Part shown: piece after piece, positions 19,133 to 29,400 of the stretch
How positions within the stretch are numbered: the first letter of the stretch is position 1
Layout: each line of letters begins with the position of its first letter
Origin: an uncultured Bacteroidota bacterium
GTDB lineage: Bacteria > Bacteroidota > Bacteroidia > Bacteroidales > SZUA-534
Length of the DNA stretch: 64,000 bases
NCBI GenBank assembly: GCA_946186925.1
Contig: CAMHPA010000008.1
Coordinates: 6,028-70,027, forward strand
Direction: 5' to 3'
The notes under the pieces: generated by a model
What the model was told of the DNA's origin: nothing
What the model saw: only the letters and a program-made list of their open reading frames with translations
The model's database searches: none
Translations under genes and position numbers: made by a program

Positions 19133-19942
19133 ATGACCTTCGGGCATTGTCGGTTCTGTTGGCTCGGCAACAGGAATCTGTTGAGCAACCTTAACACATC
19201 CTATAGTGACTATCGCGCAAATAATCAAAACGATAGCGTGATTCATTGGACCACCGAAATAATCTGTTACCGAAACATTCATGTCACCTGCGTAGTAGCC
19301 GATAAGGAATCCGGCCGTATTATTGGCCCAATGCATAAAAATGCCAATCCAGATACTGCGCGTGCGCCAGAACAGCCAGCCAATGGCGCATCCCACAATG
19401 AATGCGGCAATGAATTGCCATGGGTTCAGGTGCGCTATGCCGAAAATCACCGCCGACCAGATGATGGCCTTGCGGGGCTCGTACCGGCGCAGTAATGCTG
19501 CTAGAATGATGCCGCGGAACACGAGCTCTTCGAGCACTGGCGCGGCAATGCCAACTGTCAGATAACCGGCAAAATCGAGTGAAACAGCTTCGTTGAAAAG
19601 GCGTGCCACAAAATCGGGCATTGGTATCAGCGAGCATAGCGATTCGCTGATTATCGATAGTGCGAAAGTCATTATCAAGGCAATAGGAAATATTGCCGGC
19701 TTGACTTTCCCAAAATCAGTAACTTTCAGATTCCAAATAAAATATACCACGGCAAGTGCGCCGGCAAATTGCAGAATGTAGCCAAGCATTGCTATCCACG
19801 ATTTGAAGGCCGGTGCGGCAATCAGCAGCGCGCCGGTAACAAGCGATGCAGGTATGGTCAGAGCAAGGATGACACCCAAAATGGCGAGTGCCTGACCGAT
19901 TGATATTGAACGGTTTGACGATGTTTCAAATGTTTGTTCCAT
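19121..19942 (-). CDS. CPBP (Abi/CAAX) intramembrane glutamic endopeptidase
   Basis: APVLEELVFRG, FGIAH, HWANN motifs; multiple TM helices. Confidence 0.92.
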   Translation of the reverse strand: MEQTFETSSNRSISIGQALAILGVILALTIPASLVTGALLIAAPAFKSWIAMLGYILQFAGALAVVYFIWNLKVTDFGKVKPAIFPIALIMTFALSIISESLCSLIPMPDFVARLFNEAVSLDFAGYLTVGIAAPVLEELVFRGIILAALLRRYEPRKAIIWSAVIFGIAHLNPWQFIAAFIVGCAIGWLFWRTRSIWIGIFMHWANNTAGFLIGYYAGDMNVSVTDYFGGPMNHAIVLIICAIVTIGCVKVAQQIPVAEPTEPTMPEGHLLS

Positions 19943-19945
19943 TTT

Positions 19946-21340
19946 TCAGTTCGATGTTGGTTTGACGTACAGTTGCCCGGCCTCGCAGCCTACAATCTCA
20001 ACTTTGGTGCCTTTCTCAATGAATCCGTAAACCGATTTTGCATCGATAACGTGTTTATCTATAATTATTTTGCCCGATGGCCGCAACACAGTTTCGGCAA
20101 AGGCCGTCTGCCCGATAAACTGCTTCAAATCAGGGCTGACCGCAACGAACCCTTCGTCGGTTTGTTGTGTCGCGGTCAGCGACAGGCGGTTGCCAAAAAG
20201 TGTGGCGGTGTAGAATTTTGAGCTTATCCAAAGGCACAAACCTATTGATACCGATGATGATATGATTACCAATAGGAGTGATTTCAGCACATCGTCGGGG
20301 CTGATGGTTGGCACGTCGCCGTCGAGATTCCCGACCATAGCCATTGTGAGTCCGGTCACAGCCAGAACAATTCCCGAAATACCGCAGACTCCAAATCCTG
20401 GAAATGCGAATAGTTCGATGATTATCAGAATGATGCCCAAAACAAATAGAGCTATCTCCCAATGCGCCGCAAGTCCTTCAATGTAGAGTGGTGCAAAGTA
20501 GAGTATCGCGGCAGCCACAGCGATTACTGATGGGAAGCCGATTCCTGGCGATTGCATCTCAAAATATATGCCGCCTATTATGGCCATAATGAGCAAACCT
20601 TGCAGAGCGGGGTTCATCAGCCAGCCCAGAGTTTTGTCAAGTCTGGTGGGGCGGTATTCGGTTATGACAGCGTTGGGGTGGTTTTCAAGTTCGAGCACTT
20701 CGCCGATGCTTTCAGCCAATCCATCACAGAAACCATGTTTTGTGGCTTCGGTGGCAGTGAAAGTCAGTACCTTACCTGCGTCAATCAACCCATTGATGCT
20801 GATGTCTTGGTCCACCATGGCTTCGGCAATCTGCGGGTTTCTATGCCATTTGTAAGTGGTGTCGCGGCCGTTAATCAGCGTGTCGCAGCCCTGCGCTTCG
20901 GCTGTGGCCCGCATAATGCCGCGCATATAGCTTTGGTACTTGTCGGGCATTGCCTCGCCGCTTTGGTTCACCACTGTTGCCGCGCCAATGCTTGCGCTCT
21001 TCCGCATATAGATTTTGTCGCAGGCAATGGCTATCAGCGCCCCAGCCGATGCCGCGTTGTTGTCGATAAACGCCACCACCGGAATTGTGCAGTTCAGTAT
21101 CCGTGTGCGGATTGAGTCGGCATCCACCACCGTGCCGCCGTAGGTGTTCATCCGAATAAGAATCAGGTCGGCGCTGTCGTGGTAGGCCAAATCAAAGGCT
21201 TTCTGCGTTTTTACCCAAAGTGAAGGACTAACATCCTCGTTCATGTCAAACACCAAAACGCGTGTGGTGCTGTCGGTCGCGGCAGGTGAGTGACTCACTG
21301 CCACAAGTATAATTGTCAGTAAAACTGCGAGTTTTCTCAT
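19946..21340 (-). CDS. nfeD: Long NfeD-family membrane-bound serine protease (ClpP-like + TM + OB)
   Basis: MNTYGG, AASAGALI, IGAAT, DKYQSYM, FEMQSPGIG, ELFAFPGFG, TVLRPSG; start at ATG 21340. Confidence 0.9.
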   Translation of the reverse strand: MRKLAVLLTIILVAVSHSPAATDSTTRVLVFDMNEDVSPSLWVKTQKAFDLAYHDSADLILIRMNTYGGTVVDADSIRTRILNCTIPVVAFIDNNAASAGALIAIACDKIYMRKSASIGAATVVNQSGEAMPDKYQSYMRGIMRATAEAQGCDTLINGRDTTYKWHRNPQIAEAMVDQDISINGLIDAGKVLTFTATEATKHGFCDGLAESIGEVLELENHPNAVITEYRPTRLDKTLGWLMNPALQGLLIMAIIGGIYFEMQSPGIGFPSVIAVAAAILYFAPLYIEGLAAHWEIALFVLGIILIIIELFAFPGFGVCGISGIVLAVTGLTMAMVGNLDGDVPTISPDDVLKSLLLVIISSSVSIGLCLWISSKFYTATLFGNRLSLTATQQTDEGFVAVSPDLKQFIGQTAFAETVLRPSGKIIIDKHVIDAKSVYGFIEKGTKVEIVGCEAGQLYVKPTSN

Positions 21341-21461
21341 ATTCGCGCGTAAATGATTTGTACACAAATCTATCAAAATATTTATCTCTTTGAATATTGC
21401 CTCCTAATTCAAACTGCCAATAGTAATCATCGCCTGCATAGCCTCATTTGCATCCAAATCT

Positions 21462-21545
21462 TGTCAGTCTTGTGTAGCGCGCTTCAGTTCACCAAACCAA
21501 GTCTGCGTATTGTCGTCCGTTCACATCAGCAAGCTTCTGCTCGCC
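21462..21545. repeat. Two copies of a TGTCCGTT-N6-AGCGAGCTTCAGCTCGCC-type intergenic hairpin repeat
   Basis: TGTCAGTCttgtgtAGCGCGCTTCAGTTCACC (21462) and CGTCCGTTcacatcAGCAAGCTTCTGCTCGCC (21514). Confidence 0.6.
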
Positions 21546-21570
21546 TTACAGCCATTCCTCATAGCAATAG

Positions 21571-21606
21571 AAACGGCCCCGATTTTTTTTGTCGGGGCCG
21601 TTCCTT
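21571..21606. terminator. Intrinsic terminator downstream of the esterase gene
   Basis: AACGGCCCCGA...TCGGGGCCGTT, perfect 11-bp stem. Confidence 0.8.
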
Positions 21607-21627
21607 TTCTTTTGATTTTTTTAAGTG

Positions 21628-22587
21628 TTATTTCTTCGCTGCACGTGCTTCGTTCAGGAAGTTGACCACTTTGGCCAGATTTTCTTTCGAGTACATATTG
21701 AATCCGTGTCCGCCGTCTTCAACCGGTATGAAGTCTGTCTTCACACCTTTAGCTTTCAGCGCGTTGTAGAACGATTCACCCTGGCAGAATGGCACCACAT
21801 TGTCCTTTTTGCCGTGGCAAACAATGATAGGCGGGTCTGAAGGATCAATGAATGTTGGCGCGCTCAAAGCCTTGTATCGGTTCTCGTTGCCTGCCATTGG
21901 CACACCCAGAACCACTTCCTCCGGCGATGTCGGCATTTTCATTGCTTCACCGCAGTCCATGTGCATCAAATCCACAGGGCCCGACCAGTCGCAGGCAGCA
22001 TCAACACTGCTGCTGAAGTTGGTGAACTGCCCCACGTTGCCCTCAAGGTCAACCTCGTAGCCATCGACATCGGCAACCTTCTCGTTGCGCGTGGTGGCTG
22101 CAAGTGAGGCCAAGTGCCCACCCGATGAAAAGCCCGATGTGGCAATGAAACTTGTGTCGAATTTGTATTTCTCGGCATTGCCGCGTACAAAGCGGATAAC
22201 AGCCTTAATATCGTTTATCTGTGCCGGATATTTGGCATCGCTGCTCGAACGGTGGTTGGGCGTTACAACGGCATAGCCGGCATCGAGTAGGGCGGCACAG
22301 ATGGTGTTAAGGTCGGCAGCGCCCTTCGAGTTATTGCTGAACCATGCGCTTCCGTAGATGTGGATAACCACCGGATAGCTTGCCTTTTCTTCTTTCGGCA
22401 GATAGATGTCGAGGTTGTGGTAAACCTCATTGTCGCCTGCATAGTTGATGTTGAGGAATTTTTGCGAGTAGCGCATTGTGTCGGTGCTGTTCTGGTTTCC
22501 GCCAAAGCCACCGAAACCGCCACCCATTTGTGCAAAACCGGCTATGCTCAGCAGTCCGGCTGCAAGTGTAAGTCCTAATTTTTTCAT
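21628..22587 (-). CDS. Secreted alpha/beta-hydrolase esterase (BD-FAE/acetyl-xylan-esterase-like)
   Basis: Signal peptide; LDIYLP, IHIYGSAW, GFSSGGHLA nucleophile elbow, HGKKDNVVP, GGHG. Confidence 0.85.
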   Translation of the reverse strand: MKKLGLTLAAGLLSIAGFAQMGGGFGGFGGNQNSTDTMRYSQKFLNINYAGDNEVYHNLDIYLPKEEKASYPVVIHIYGSAWFSNNSKGAADLNTICAALLDAGYAVVTPNHRSSSDAKYPAQINDIKAVIRFVRGNAEKYKFDTSFIATSGFSSGGHLASLAATTRNEKVADVDGYEVDLEGNVGQFTNFSSSVDAACDWSGPVDLMHMDCGEAMKMPTSPEEVVLGVPMAGNENRYKALSAPTFIDPSDPPIIVCHGKKDNVVPFCQGESFYNALKAKGVKTDFIPVEDGGHGFNMYSKENLAKVVNFLNEARAAKK

Positions 22588-22623
22588 ATTTCTAATGTTT
22601 AAGTGAGTGTTATTATTTTAAAG

Positions 22624-22631
22624 CAAAATTA
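22624..22631 (-). promoter_or_regulatory. -7 element TAATTTTG for the esterase gene
   Basis: TAnnTTTG match upstream of ATG 22587. Confidence 0.5.
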
Positions 22632-22701
22632 GTATTCGTTCCATTAAAAGGAAATAGTTGTTTCATTAGTTTTTTAGAAAGCCCTCGTCACCCGCATATT
22701 A

Positions 22702-22880
22702 TGTCCGTTCCGCGCCTCAATCATCATTCCGTGAGTCGTGTTTGGCACTTGTCCGTTTAGCATAGCGAGCTTCATCTCGCAAGTTAAGTTTTTTTGTCTG
22801 TCCTGCGAAGCGAGCTTCAGCTCGCCAAACGAGCAAGCCCTGTATGTCCGTTCCGTGCAACAAGCTTCAGCCTATAAACA
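22702..22880. repeat. Array of four degenerate hairpin repeats, period 45-50 bp
   Basis: Units start at 22702, 22750, 22795 and 22845; best copy TGTCTGTCctgcgaAGCGAGCTTCAGCTCGCC. Confidence 0.7.
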
Positions 22881-22911
22881 AAAAAAGCCCTGCAGACGTC
22901 GTCTGCAGGGC
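22880..22911 (-). terminator. Intrinsic terminator of the CBM/T9SS gene
   Basis: GCCCTGCAGAC-gtc-GTCTGCAGGGC; the A7 tract on + is a U tail on -. Confidence 0.85.
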
Positions 22912-22954
22912 CAATGTGTTATTAACAGTTAAACTATTAAAATTTACTTGTTAA

Positions 22955-24319
22955 TTATTTCACAAACTTAACGGTCTTGTTACCAACCTTAGCAATGTAC
23001 AAGCCACTTCTCAGGTCAGATACGTTGAGTGAAGTAACGTTCTTAGCAGACTTAACAGCTACACCGTTGATGTTGTAGATAAGAACGTTAACAGCCTCAG
23101 AAGCGAAGAGAACGTCACCAGCTACGTATACGTCGATAGCAGCAGCCTCGTTAACTGATACACCACCTTGTTCACCACCACCTTGTTGCTCTTGCGGTTT
23201 CTCTACACCAGCAGGGTCAACCTCAAGTTTAACGTTTCTGAAGAATACGTTGTAGTTAGCAGTGTGTTGGATACCAGCTTTCTGAGCACCAATGTGGAAC
23301 TCCCAGCAAGTCAGTGAATCACCTACAACACCATTCTCTACGTAGAGAGTATCGGTGAATTTGGTCCATTGAGCTGAATCAGGAGTAGCGAAGCCCCATT
23401 TAGCGTTTTTGTTGTTACCATTGTGTACATTGAATGCACCAGTACCAGCATAGTTGGTAGAGAACTCAAGTGACAGAACCAAAGCTTTCTGTGCTGATGG
23501 AGATACTGACTCAAACATTACAAAGAACTGAGCGTCCCATGCGTTGTGTGATTTAGCTGTATCAATGCAGAAGCCATATACGTCGTCGTCACCGTATTTT
23601 ACAGTTGTAGCTTCGAAGATGGCGCCATCAAAACGGCCGTCTTTGCCACGGAAAATACCCTTGTTCTCGTTGTTGCCACCAAGTTGATCCCATGTCAGGA
23701 CGTTCTCAGGAGCAGCATATTCAGCTGGTGCGGGAGGAGTAACACTTGGTCTCTCACCAATATTTGCCTCATCAGCGTCTGACTCCATGTCAATTACATC
23801 CTCAAAGTTTGCAGTAACCTTAATGTTACGCAGGTAGAGAGTACCATCCTCACGACCCATTGAGCAGTTCAGTGCAAGAGTACGGATCTCACCAGAAGTG
23901 GTAATGGTTTTTGAGAAATCCTGCCAGTCAGTGGTGCACTCAAGAGCGTCCCAACCATCGTTGTTAACGTATGAGTGAGGATCAGCGTGACCTTGTGCGT
24001 TGAATTTAACAACACCGCTGTCCTCTGATTTTCTGTACTGGAATGAGATTTCTACTTCAGTACCAGAAGGAACATTAGCGTCAGCAAATACAATGAAGAA
24101 CTGAGAATCCCAGTCAGCACCGTCAGCAGCGTAAGTGAAAAGACCGATAATACCATCTTCCACATTACATTTCTGCTCGTACTCACCCGGGTTGTTTGAT
24201 TCCCAGCGGTAGATTTCACCTGCTTTTGCGCCAGCAGGATTATCAATCTCTGCCTTTGCATTAGAGGCCATGCCGCACATTACGGCAACAGCCAACATTG
24301 AAAGTAAAGTCTTTTTCAT
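22955..24319 (-). CDS. Non-catalytic T9SS cargo with two CBM4-like modules
   Basis: Signal peptide from ATG 24319; ADWDSQFFI...TTDWQDF...LYLRNIKV and NAWDAQFFV...QWTKF...FFRNVKL; Pro-rich and Gln/Gly linkers; CTD IYNING...LRSGLYIAKVGNKTVKFVK. Confidence 0.75.
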   Translation of the reverse strand: MKKTLLSMLAVAVMCGMASNAKAEIDNPAGAKAGEIYRWESNNPGEYEQKCNVEDGIIGLFTYAADGADWDSQFFIVFADANVPSGTEVEISFQYRKSEDSGVVKFNAQGHADPHSYVNNDGWDALECTTDWQDFSKTITTSGEIRTLALNCSMGREDGTLYLRNIKVTANFEDVIDMESDADEANIGERPSVTPPAPAEYAAPENVLTWDQLGGNNENKGIFRGKDGRFDGAIFEATTVKYGDDDVYGFCIDTAKSHNAWDAQFFVMFESVSPSAQKALVLSLEFSTNYAGTGAFNVHNGNNKNAKWGFATPDSAQWTKFTDTLYVENGVVGDSLTCWEFHIGAQKAGIQHTANYNVFFRNVKLEVDPAGVEKPQEQQGGGEQGGVSVNEAAAIDVYVAGDVLFASEAVNVLIYNINGVAVKSAKNVTSLNVSDLRSGLYIAKVGNKTVKFVK

Positions 24320-24350
24320 ACTCGAAAAATTTTTAGTTAATAACACGAAG

Positions 24351-24358
24351 CAAATATA
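24351..24358 (-). promoter_or_regulatory. -7 element TATATTTG for the CBM/T9SS gene
   Basis: Consensus TAnnTTTG about 30 nt upstream of the ATG. Confidence 0.6.
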
Positions 24359-24559
24359 CACATTATTTTAATAGTGATGCCCTGGCCTTGTATTTTTTGC
24401 AACAAAAAAGAGTGTTTTTGAGTAAGAATTTGTGCTGTTGGTAATATTTCGGGCAAACTCGTCCCCTTCATCAGCAAATTCTATCCATTAGTTCCATGTG
24501 GCCCAATAGGAAGCTTTGCAAGTTGCCAGCCAATGTGCGAAGTCAGCCCGCCTCCATAT

Positions 24560-24594
24560 AAAAAAAGAGATGCCCGAATAGTCAGGCATCTCTT
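24560..24594 (-). terminator. Intrinsic terminator after susD
   Basis: AAGAGATGCC...GGCATCTCTT stem with an A tract (U tail on -). Confidence 0.8.
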
Positions 24595-24630
24595 ATCATA
24601 AATAGAATTATATAAACTCTATTGTCTTGT

Positions 24631-26391
24631 TTACCAACCCGGATTTTGTACAAGAGCGTTGTTGAGTGACATAGCGCGTTTCGGGAAAGGAAGCAACTCG
24701 TGTTTGCCTTTCTTGAATCCTAACGAGCTGCCGTAGGTTTGAACCCAAAGGTCAGCCTCTTGGTTTCCGATTTTCTCCACAATCACACCTTTATGTTCGC
24801 TTGTACCTTCTGTGTACTCGCCAATAGGACCATTGATAAGGTCGGCAAATGTTGGCAGATAGGCGTCTTGTTTTTCCAGAGTCTCTGTTTTGCCCCAGCG
24901 AACAAGGTCGGCAAAGCGGCAGCCCTCGAGCCACAACTCAAACTCTTTCTCGTTCTGTACAGCTTCAAGTGACAGAGTTGAAGAAACGGTCTTTGATTGT
25001 GCGCGGTTCTGAACATCGTTCAGTGCTTTCAAACCGTCACCGCTGGTCTCGCCAAGTTGTGCGCAAGCCTCAGCATACATAAGCAGTACCTCGGCATAAC
25101 GCATAATGCTGGCGTTGCGGTTCAGGTGGCCGTCGTCCAATTGGTCGCCTTGGCTTGGGTGAGCATTGATTTTGTAGGTGAAGTAACCTGCGTTTGCATA
25201 GATATCGTGCGATAAGCCACGCTTTTTGTCTTTTGCCTTGGCGTCGGTTTTGCCAGGAGCAAATTTGTCACCGTCACTTGCCCATTTCAAGTCATAAAGC
25301 ATCTCGTCGTATGTTTTAATCCAAGCTTTGCGACGTGCCGATTCCAGACCGTCGTTGGCGATAAGAGCCTCGGCAAACGGACCAGATGGATTCAGCCAGC
25401 CCCAGCCACCAGCAAAGATGCTGGAGTCTTTGAGTGAAGCGTTGTTCACGTAGTCACCACGCCAGGTGAATGTGCTGTGGTCGTTCCAGCCACCACGCTC
25501 TGTACGCTCATATTGACCAGTAAGGTTTGTACCGTCGTAGTTGAATTCAAGCACAGCCTCTGATGAGCCTTTGCCGTCAGCGTGGCCGATGGTAATCATC
25601 TTCTCAGAAGGAACAAGCTCGTAGTTGCCATTGTCAATAACAGATTTCAGGGCAGCTTTTGCGCCAGCATAGTCTCCCTTCCAAAGCAATGCCTTGCCTT
25701 TCACTGCAAGAGCAAAACCTTTGGTTATTCTGACGGCACCTTCGTAGTCGTCGGCACCCTTACGCCACTCAAGATCAGCGGCAGCCAGGTCGCATTCTTT
25801 GGCAACCCATTCCATAACCGCAGCTTGCGATTCAGAGTTTGCCGGACGGTCAGACGGAGTGAGCACGGTCTCAACAATCGGAGGGGTACCCCAGTAGATG
25901 CCAAGGAGCATATGGTCGAATGCGCGCATTGCACGAGCCTCGGCTACGCATTTCTTTTGTACCGGGCTAAGCTCACCCAAACGCTCTGTGGTAAAGTTGT
26001 TTATCACATAGTTGCACTTCAAAATCGAAGCGTACAACACATAATAGGCATCTTCTATGTCAATATTGTCATAGCCATGTACAAATTGGTGCATCTGGCG
26101 CTGCTCAACGCAGTCGTCGGTACCTGAACCGCCCAACCAAATGTCATCGCCCATCCAGTTTGTCAATGCAAAGTATGGTCCGTAATTGTATTGGTGAGTC
26201 CAGTGTGAGAAGTATTTCTGAGTTGTGGCATAAACAATTGTTATTGCACTCTCAGCATCTTTGTCGGTTTTATAGAAATCCTCAAACGATATGACACCTT
26301 TTTGGGGAATATCCAATTCATCTTGGTCGCAACCAGTAGTAAGAGCAAGTGCTCCTGCTGCAACTAATAATAAATATTTACTCTTTTTCAT
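24631..26391 (-). CDS. susD: RagB/SusD family lipoprotein
   Basis: Lipobox LTTGC; AEARAMRA, MRYAEVLLMYAEA, EKEFELWLEGCRFADLVRWG, LVQNPGW. Confidence 0.93.
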   Translation of the reverse strand: MKKSKYLLLVAAGALALTTGCDQDELDIPQKGVISFEDFYKTDKDAESAITIVYATTQKYFSHWTHQYNYGPYFALTNWMGDDIWLGGSGTDDCVEQRQMHQFVHGYDNIDIEDAYYVLYASILKCNYVINNFTTERLGELSPVQKKCVAEARAMRAFDHMLLGIYWGTPPIVETVLTPSDRPANSESQAAVMEWVAKECDLAAADLEWRKGADDYEGAVRITKGFALAVKGKALLWKGDYAGAKAALKSVIDNGNYELVPSEKMITIGHADGKGSSEAVLEFNYDGTNLTGQYERTERGGWNDHSTFTWRGDYVNNASLKDSSIFAGGWGWLNPSGPFAEALIANDGLESARRKAWIKTYDEMLYDLKWASDGDKFAPGKTDAKAKDKKRGLSHDIYANAGYFTYKINAHPSQGDQLDDGHLNRNASIMRYAEVLLMYAEACAQLGETSGDGLKALNDVQNRAQSKTVSSTLSLEAVQNEKEFELWLEGCRFADLVRWGKTETLEKQDAYLPTFADLINGPIGEYTEGTSEHKGVIVEKIGNQEADLWVQTYGSSLGFKKGKHELLPFPKRAMSLNNALVQNPGW

Positions 26392-26404
26392 AACTCTTTA
26401 ATTT

Positions 26405-29400
26405 TTAGAAGGTAAGGTTAACACCAAAGATTACTTGTTTTGCTGTCGGATAAGTACCCATATCGATGCCAAGTGAGCTTGTTACGCCGTTTACGTTGGC
26501 ATTTGAAGCCTCTGGATCAAGACCAGGGTATTTGGTGAAGGTGAAATAGTTCTCAAGCGACGCGAATACACGCAGACGGCTGATGTAAACCTTGCTCAAC
26601 AGATCTTTAGGCAGCGAGTAACCCAATTGTATTTGTTTGATTTTGAAGAATGCACCGCTGAACATACTCAGGTCTGAGCTGAAGGTGTTCTTCTGCCATC
26701 CTTTTTTGCTTATGATCGGGAATTTTCCGCCAGGGTTTGTCTCCGGATCATATGCATTCTCGTAGAAGTAGCTGTAGTTGTTGCAATACGGACGGTCAGT
26801 ACGCCAAGCCTGAGGCAGGATTTTGTTACCGCTTACGCCAGTGCCGAACACTACCAAGTCAAAGCCTTTGTAATCCATATTGATGGTGATACCATAGTTG
26901 AGTTTCGGCAGACCGCATCCAAGGTCGGTCATATCGCTCTCGTTTGGCTCAAATTTGCCGTCACCATTGAGATCACTGAATATTGGATAACCCTCTTCGT
27001 CAAGACCGTCGATCTTGAAGCCGAGGAAGTGCCACAGTGGCTGGCCAACAACGCACTCTGTTGTGATGCTCGAACCTTGAAGACTTGTACCAGGAAGTTT
27101 GTCAACGGTCGGGTCAAGGTATGTAAGTTCGTTGTGGAGTGTTGCCATGTTGGCGTTGATAGAGTAGTTGAAATCACCAATTTTGTCTTTCCAACCAAGC
27201 TCAATCTCAAGACCACGGTTCAAAACCTCGCCAGCGTTGGCCATTGTCGAGCTAACACCTGTTTCAAGCAGCGGGGTGATAGAAATCAACAAACCATTGG
27301 TTGTCTTCTTGTACCAGTCAACACCAAGAGTGAGTCGGCCGTTGAGGAAGCGTGCGTCCATACCAAGGTCAATCTGCTCTGACTCCTCCCATACAAGTGA
27401 CGGGTTGGCAAGGCCGTTCGGTTGTGAACCATAGTACAATGCAAAATCAGAATCGTATTGATACCAGTCGTTGTTGCTGTTGATAACAGCTGCATACGGG
27501 TAGTTGCGGAGTACGTTGATGTTACCGTTGCGTCCCCACGATGCTCTCAGTTTCAGGAATGAGAGAATGTCAGTGCTGATGTTGTCGGCAATAAAGCTTT
27601 CGTTGCTGAGTGTCCAACCAGCAGAGAACGATGGGAATTTACCCCAGCGATTGTCTTTTCCAAGTTTCGAAGAGTCATATGCGTCAGCACGGAAATTGGC
27701 TTGCAAGCTGTAACGGTTGTCGAAGCTGTAAGTCAGACGGCCGAAGTATGAAAGGCTCTTGGTGTCGTTTTCAACGCCGCCAGTCGATTTCAAAACATCG
27801 TCACCCGATTTCAAGAAATCCAGATAGCGGAAGTTCTCGGCATAGCCTTTCAAGATGTCCTTGCCTGTGGCTTGGCCCCAAGCATTGTCAGAGTGGGTAG
27901 ATTCCCACGACATACCAGCCATGACACCAATGTTATGTACGTCGGCAAAAGTCTTGTCGTAGTTGATGAAGTTCTCCCATTGATAGTAGAAGTTGGTGCT
28001 GGCTTCAGATCTAATTAAATATTCGTTTCTGTAAACGAACTCGTTGGCAACAAACGGAACCTCGTAGTTGTGAGTGTTGCTAAAGCCCAAGCGGTAGCCC
28101 AAGCGCGATGTGAATACAAAACCATCAATAGGTTTGAAGTTCAACGAGGCCTGGCCACGAACGGTGATACCCTGACGGTAGCCTTGGCTGCGGTCGCGTT
28201 GGATGAATGGGTTCGATGACTGAGTCTGACCACTGATGGGTGATATGCGATAGTATCTCTCACCATCGCCAAGCACGGCTTTGTAGCCATCTTCACCTTC
28301 TGCCAGACCGCTTTCAATGGCGGCTTTTTGGTCACCGGTAAGTTGCTCGTCAAGTTTGTCAGGATCAACATACGGGCCGAACAATGGGTCGCTGGTGATA
28401 GCGGCCAACAGTGCTGAACCGTTGTCTGATTGCTGGCTGATAGATTCTGTACGCCATTTCTCAATTGAGTTGTTTGTACCAACGGTCAGCCATTTTTTGA
28501 TTTTGTAGTCGGCGTTCACCTGGAATGACAAACGTTTGTAGACATCTCTATCGCCTTTGAATATACCGTTCATGTTAACGTGGTTGATGGCTGCAAAGTA
28601 GCTGCCACGCTCGTTTCCGCCTTGGAAACCTACGGTGTGGCGCTGGCTCCATGTCGGCTCAAAGACCTCATCGCTCCACTTAATGTCGGCACCGTCATAA
28701 TTGGTTGTTTCTTCCCAACCTTTTTTCAGGAAGCCCATTTTGTTACCAAAGTCAATGTATTGCTCGGCGTTCATAACCTTCAGCTCGCGCGAGAGGCTGC
28801 TGCGTTGCCATTGGCCGTTGTAGAAAATGGTACCGTCGTTACCACCGTTTTTACCTTTTTTAGTGGTAATAAGAACGACACCGTTACCAGCCTGTGCACC
28901 ATAGATGGCTGCCGATGCTGCGTCTTTCAACACCTCAATAGACTCAATCATTTCAGGATCGAGGTACTGGATGTTGTCAACCTTCAAACCGTCAACAATC
29001 ATAAGAGGGCCAAGGCTACCAGAGTTCGAAGATACACCGCGGACGCGGATTTCGGCGCCGGCGCCCGGAGCACCTGATGAAGTGATGATTTGAACACCAG
29101 CGGCTTTACCTTGCAGTGCCTGTGCGGCATCAGAGGTGGCGCGGTTTGCCAAATCCTCGCCTCTTACTGATGCTACAGCACCAGTAAGGTCGCTCTTCTT
29201 TTGCGTACCATAACCTACAACCACAATCTCGTCCAAACCTACCAAGTCAGGAACAAGGTTTACGTTGTAAGGACCGTTGCCATTGACTGTGATTTCCTCT
29301 GTAACGTATCCTACATAGGTAATCTGCAGAACATCACCGTCAGCGGCGTTCATTTTAAATTCACCATTACCAGAGGTAATAGTACCAGTTGTGGTTCCTT

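Noticed and set aside
22702-22880. Repeat array read as a CRISPR array
   Set aside because: Units are too degenerate, linkers are only ~13-20 bp, and no cas genes are in the window; kept as an unnamed repeat.
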